A stretch of DNA of 64,000 bases from positions 2,646-66,645 of the forward strand of contig CALHXF010000029.1 in NCBI GenBank assembly GCA_938040095.1. Reading direction: 5' to 3'. Origin of the DNA: an uncultured Caulobacterales bacterium (GTDB taxonomy: Bacteria > Pseudomonadota > Alphaproteobacteria > Caulobacterales > Maricaulaceae). Positions 59,583 to 64,000 of this stretch are shown here, in pieces. Both the position numbers and the translations under genes were made by a program. Each line of letters opens with the position of its first letter. The stretch's first letter is position 1. The notes under the pieces were generated by a model, which had not been told where the DNA came from, made no database searches, and was given only the letters and a program-made list of their open reading frames with translations.

Positions 59583-60719
59583 TCAGCCTCTAATTTTTGC
59601 CAGTAATCCAGTCCAAGCCCGAGAAAATAAGCCTTTGCGCTCGACATCTTCCATTGCGACGAGATCAAACGTTTCAATAGGTCGCCCAAGAACACTGATG
59701 TCTAGTTCGGCCACTTTATCACCTTTTGAAATCGGAGCCTTCGCAGCCGTGAAACGGACGCTAGATGTGACTTTCTTGCGATCAACAACGGCCAAACCTT
59801 TTCGTATATCTTGCGTCAATGCGACGGGAACCGTGCTGGCTTTTCCCATATACACCTCCACATTTCCCATCGCGACGCCTTTGCTATGGAGATCGTAGAT
59901 ACGGAATTGCGTGAAAGCGGCCTCCATTAAACGGGTTGCAGCGTCTCGACGCTCGGTCTGGCTAGACAAGCCATTGATAACAATAATGCGTCGATCACCC
60001 CCGCGTAGCGCAGACCCAACAAGGCCATATCCTGAGGCTTCAGTGTGACCAGTCTTTAGGCCATCGGCCCCATTTACGCGACCCAAGAGCGGGTTTCTGT
60101 TGCTTTGCTTAATATCGTTCCACGTGAAATTTCGCTCGGCATAAAGCGGATAAAACTCTGGGTAGGTTACAACTTGTTGCTGTGCGAGTTTAGCGAGGTC
60201 TAACGCGCTGATTTCATGCTCTGGATGAGGCCACCCTGTTGCATTGCGGAAAGTTGCGCTCTTGAGGCCCAGTTCATGCGCACGTTCAGTCATGCGTTGA
60301 GCGAAAGCCGCTTCAGAGCCTGACATACCTTCTGCCAACACGATACAGGCATCATTGCCAGATTGAATGATGACGCCTTTGAGGAGGTCCGCGACACTCG
60401 CTTTTGAGTTGACGTTCAGGAACATCGTCGAAGAACCAGATTTAACGCCACCCCGACGCCAAGCATCTTCGCTAACGGTGAACTCCGTAGACGGCGAGAG
60501 GGTGCCGTCTTTAAGGGCCGCGAATACCAAATCAGCCGTCATGATTTTCGTCATAGATGCAGGGGCCATAGGTTGACGTGCATCTTTTTCAAACATCACT
60601 TCGCCCGTTTTGGCGTCAATGATCACGGCGTGAGGGGCAGCGGTTTCGAAATTAGATTGCGCTAAAGCCGATGCCGAAAGCAACAAACTAAGACTTAAAA
60701 TGGAAATGGAGCGGAACAC
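59583..60719 (-). CDS. D-alanyl-D-alanine carboxypeptidase (PBP5/6 family)
   Basis: Signal peptide; ASMTK, SGNDA, KTG motifs. Confidence 0.94.
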   Translation of the reverse strand: MFRSISILSLSLLLSASALAQSNFETAAPHAVIIDAKTGEVMFEKDARQPMAPASMTKIMTADLVFAALKDGTLSPSTEFTVSEDAWRRGGVKSGSSTMFLNVNSKASVADLLKGVIIQSGNDACIVLAEGMSGSEAAFAQRMTERAHELGLKSATFRNATGWPHPEHEISALDLAKLAQQQVVTYPEFYPLYAERNFTWNDIKQSNRNPLLGRVNGADGLKTGHTEASGYGLVGSALRGGDRRIIVINGLSSQTERRDAATRLMEAAFTQFRIYDLHSKGVAMGNVEVYMGKASTVPVALTQDIRKGLAVVDRKKVTSSVRFTAAKAPISKGDKVAELDISVLGRPIETFDLVAMEDVERKGLFSRAWTGLLAKIRG

Positions 60720-60748
60720 AGCGAGCGGTACCTATCGAAATACGAATC

Positions 60749-60778
60749 AAAAAAGGGATGCCCCGTCAAGGACATCCC
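60749..60778 (-). terminator. Intrinsic terminator after rlpA
   Basis: Minus strand GGGATGTCC-TTGACG-GGGCATCCC-TTTTTT: 9-bp stem with one G-U pair, then U6. Confidence 0.75.
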
Positions 60779-60832
60779 ATTTCGTCGCATGGTGATATGG
60801 CAATCGCAAGGCAGAGCGCTGCAATTATCGCC

Positions 60833-61783
60833 TTATTTTGTCGTAATGCGCTCACGGATCAAAGTGGGTTGAGAGCCTGTGTGACTCGCAACATGGATCG
60901 GGCCTTTGATCGTTAAAGTCACTTGACCATCGGGTGCTTGCAACCCGTTCCCGATGGCTTGCGGCGCATTCGGCGCGATTGGGGCCACAGGAACATATGG
61001 CGCAGGAACACGAGGTTGAGGGGCTAGTGGCGTGAACGGCATTACAGGCCGTGGCGCAGGACGTGCGGCAGGTGCTTCGACGAACTCTTCAACGGGGCGT
61101 GGCACTTCGACAGGGGCGCGAACAGGCGCACGACTGGCGGCCATCGGATCAGCAGGACCCGCATATTGCACCCGAACTTTGCCGAGACCTGTGATCCCAA
61201 GCGCTTTTGCAGAGGCTTGTGAAAGATCAATGATACGATCGCCAACGAAAGGACCGCGATCATTCAAACGCACCAACAGTGTTTTCCCAGTTTCGACATT
61301 TGTTACGAATAACATCGAATTTAAAGGCAGCGTCTTATGCGCGGCTGTCAGGTCGTTTTTATTGTAAGTTTCGCCTGTCGCCGTGGGCTTTCCATGGAAT
61401 TTGTCACCATACCAAGAGGCAACACCCGTCACATCATAACCAGGTTGATGCTTTGGCGTGTAGGACTTCCCCATGATCGTGTACCGCTTACCAATGCGTT
61501 GATGCTTATAAAGGTCAGTATCAACATTGGCTTGGTCAAAACGTTGCGACGCTTGAGGTGTAGGCATAGGACGCGCAGGAATGTAACTATCTGGCACAGC
61601 CCGCGTACCCGGTGTTCTGGGTGTTGATAGGGACGCATATTTAGTTGGACCGTCTCCGACCTTGTAAACGATAGGTGCCGCCTGAACAGATTTCGTCATG
61701 GATGTGGACGCACAGCCAGTGACCGCAAGCCCCAGCATTGCCGTCGTAAGGCCCGTTCCAAATCGTTTTACATTCACAAACAT
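60833..61783 (-). CDS. rlpA: RlpA family lytic transglycosylase lipoprotein
   Basis: Lipobox VTGC; GVASWYG..FHG..TATGE, TAAHKTLP, NDRGPF, RIIDLS. Confidence 0.92.
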   Translation of the reverse strand: MFVNVKRFGTGLTTAMLGLAVTGCASTSMTKSVQAAPIVYKVGDGPTKYASLSTPRTPGTRAVPDSYIPARPMPTPQASQRFDQANVDTDLYKHQRIGKRYTIMGKSYTPKHQPGYDVTGVASWYGDKFHGKPTATGETYNKNDLTAAHKTLPLNSMLFVTNVETGKTLLVRLNDRGPFVGDRIIDLSQASAKALGITGLGKVRVQYAGPADPMAASRAPVRAPVEVPRPVEEFVEAPAARPAPRPVMPFTPLAPQPRVPAPYVPVAPIAPNAPQAIGNGLQAPDGQVTLTIKGPIHVASHTGSQPTLIRERITTK

Positions 61784-62021
61784 ACTCACCTCTTTAAGTT
61801 GCCCCACCCGACAGGCCGAATGACCATTGCGTCATGTCTTGGACAGTGCACATTGATCTCTTCTATGTTTGGTAACCTAAATGGGCAGGCTTAAATGGCG
61901 GTTCCGAAATAGCCCTAACGTGAGAACAAAATTCAAGGTGACCATGAGGTTAATGAAATAAGTGGATTGACCATTGTTTCGATACGTCATATGCCGCCGC
62001 TTCATTGACCAATGTACCCGT

Positions 62022-62111
62022 GGGCGGGTGGCAGAGCGGTTGAATGCACCAGTCTTGAAAACTGGCGTGGGGGCAACTCCACCGGGGGTTCGAATCCCTC
62101 CCCGCCCGCCA
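62022..62111 (+). tRNA. tRNA-Ser (TGA)
   Basis: GGGCGGG acceptor stem, anticodon arm CCAGT-CTTGAAA-ACTGG, long variable arm, TTCGAATCC, GCCA end; 90 nt. Confidence 0.97.
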
Positions 62112-62268
62112 CTACAGTCCAATAATCCCCCCATATTTTGAATCAGGCCATAATGTCTTGTCGCGTACGCTCCGACATCTCGCAAATCTGATCCTCAATG
62201 AAAAACCAATACGATTTAGACGCTTGGCTTTCAGACCCGTGGAACAACACTTGTGTTTTGGGTTTGGC

Positions 62269-63732
62269 TCAGGTGTCGATGCCTCCCATACACAGGGACT
62301 TAATCTCCAGATAATCGTCCAGGCCATATTTCGACCCTTCACGGCCCTGCCCCGATTCTTTGACGCCGCCGAAGGGGGCCATTTCATTTGAAATTGCGCC
62401 GGCATTAATACCCACCATTCCGTATTCGAGCGCCTCTGAGACACGCCAGACACGTCCGATATCTCGAGAATAGAAATAGGCCGCTAGCCCAAATGGCGTA
62501 TCATTGGCGCGTTTGATAACGTCGTTTTCTGTGTCGAACTTAAAGATTGGGGCGACGGGACCGAAAATTTCTTCGTGGAAAATCCGCATATCATCACTCA
62601 CATCCGTCAGGATTGTGGGTGCCACAAAGCAGGCATTTGGAAGCTCATCAATTGCAAAGCTCTTAGACGTTGCGCCCTTAGACACGGCTTCCTCAATGAG
62701 GGCGCGCACATTATTGGCCGCGCGTTCATGCACTAGTGGGCCAATGCTGGTACCTTCGGATCGCCCATCACCCACCACGAGTTCGCTGACAGCTTTGTTC
62801 AGCCTCTCCACGAATGCATCATAGATGCCCGATTGAACAAATATGCGATTGGAACAGACACAGGTCTGGCCTGCATTACGGAATTTGCTGATCATCAATC
62901 CGGAAACCGCAGCGTCCAAATCGGCGTCATCAAAGACAATGAAGGGCGCATTGCCTCCCAGCTCCATTGAGGTTCGCTTCATTGTCCGTGCGGAATCGGC
63001 TGTCAATTTTTTGCCAATAGGCGTCGACCCAGTGAACGTCAGCTTACGCACAATCGGATTAGACGTGATCTCTTCCCCGATTTCGGGTGTAATCCCATTG
63101 ACCATATTAATCACGCCCGCAGGGATTCCAGCCCTATCTGCAAGCTCGGCGAGCGCCAGAGCGGAGAGAGGTGTCTCATTCGCGGGCTTGCACACAACGG
63201 TATTACCTGCTGCCAAGGCAGGGGCAATTTTCCGCGCAAGCATCGCATTGGGGAAATTCCACGGGGTGATACATGCGACAACGCCGATGGGTTGTTTGAT
63301 AACTAACAGGCGTGTGTCAGATGTGGCATTTGGAATTGTGTCTCCATATACACGCTTTGCTTCTTCGGCAAACCACCGCACATAATTTGCGCCGTATAGA
63401 ACCTCACCCTTAGCCTCTGCCAATGGCTTCCCCTGCTCCAACGTTAGAAGCAATGCCAGATCTTCGAGATGCTCGTGCATCAGATCATGCCACTTCATTA
63501 GGTAAGCAAACCGTTCCTTGGCGGATGTTTTCTTCCAAAGCTGTTGCGCTGTGTCGGCGGCTTTAATCGCGTGAGCCGTTTCTTTCGCACCGCAACGAGA
63601 AACGTTCGTCAGGACGTCACCCGTCGCAGGGTTCGTGACTGCAAATGTCTCACCGCTCAACGCGTCCACCCATTGCCCATCAATATAGGCTTGGTTCCGA
63701 ATAAGAGAATCGTCTTTCGGGGTAGGTCTCAT
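62269..63732 (-). CDS. gabD: NAD(P)-dependent succinate-semialdehyde dehydrogenase
   Basis: ITPWNFP, FTGST, MELGGNAPF, KFRNAGQTCVC, EEIFGP, PFGGVKESG.GREGS. Confidence 0.92.
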   Translation of the reverse strand: MRPTPKDDSLIRNQAYIDGQWVDALSGETFAVTNPATGDVLTNVSRCGAKETAHAIKAADTAQQLWKKTSAKERFAYLMKWHDLMHEHLEDLALLLTLEQGKPLAEAKGEVLYGANYVRWFAEEAKRVYGDTIPNATSDTRLLVIKQPIGVVACITPWNFPNAMLARKIAPALAAGNTVVCKPANETPLSALALAELADRAGIPAGVINMVNGITPEIGEEITSNPIVRKLTFTGSTPIGKKLTADSARTMKRTSMELGGNAPFIVFDDADLDAAVSGLMISKFRNAGQTCVCSNRIFVQSGIYDAFVERLNKAVSELVVGDGRSEGTSIGPLVHERAANNVRALIEEAVSKGATSKSFAIDELPNACFVAPTILTDVSDDMRIFHEEIFGPVAPIFKFDTENDVIKRANDTPFGLAAYFYSRDIGRVWRVSEALEYGMVGINAGAISNEMAPFGGVKESGQGREGSKYGLDDYLEIKSLCMGGIDT

Positions 63733-64000
63733 TGTCTATCTCATTTCGTAAATTCACGATATTGATAGGGATTAAAAATATTGAAGACAAATAAGCAATA
63801 TTGAAAATGGTGAAAGCTAACGCGCCGTTCCGCAGAGACTCAAGGATGGTTCAAGCGAGCAAGCCAAGCATGAACCCCAAACAAGCTTGCGCCACACACA
63901 GACGTCATGCCCGCTTGCAATCGGAATTATTCGCCACTGGCCGAAAGACGTGTGATCTCTACGCCAAACGCTACACCTGATGGTCCCTGGTCAAGTCTGG

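Noticed and set aside
63807-64000. 57-codon plus-strand ORF and a possible minus-strand gene end at the window edge
   Set aside because: Too short or truncated, with no recognisable motif.

Overview
Compact, roughly 50% GC chromosomal segment, inferred to be from an alphaproteobacterium of the Caulobacterales/Hyphomonadales type (alpha-type GAAC-N7-GAAC LexA box, PopA-like protein, rlpA-dac-tmk-holB-tatD block). It is mostly housekeeping: alpha-2-macroglobulin/pbpC, kbl-tdh, frmA-fghA, the imuA-imuB-dnaE2 SOS cassette, feoAB, recG, sdhE-mfd, hemH, thrC, a cys operon, a complete his operon, pgm-kdsD-kdsB, gabD, tRNA-Phe(GAA) and tRNA-Ser(TGA). I saw no transposase, integrase, prophage or CRISPR array. 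Unusual points read from the sequence: (1) a 28-bp dif-like XerC/D site at 52208-52235, suggesting the window spans the replication terminus; (2) a HisC-HisB(IGPD) fusion inside a gamma-type his operon led by a TrpR/YerC-like repressor with its own palindromic operator; (3) a DUF934-CysH fusion, plus an XRE-cupin regulator with twin GTTC-N8-GAAC sites facing the cys operon; (4) an uncharacterised P-loop kinase translationally coupled to thrC (candidate alternative homoserine kinase); (5) a histidine phosphatase coupled to kdsD-kdsB (candidate KdsC analogue); (6) an in-frame TAG in frmA; (7) a Tdh lacking its structural-zinc cysteines, coupled to an iodotyrosine-deiodinase-like flavoprotein. 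All family calls come from recognising motifs by eye; no database searches were run.
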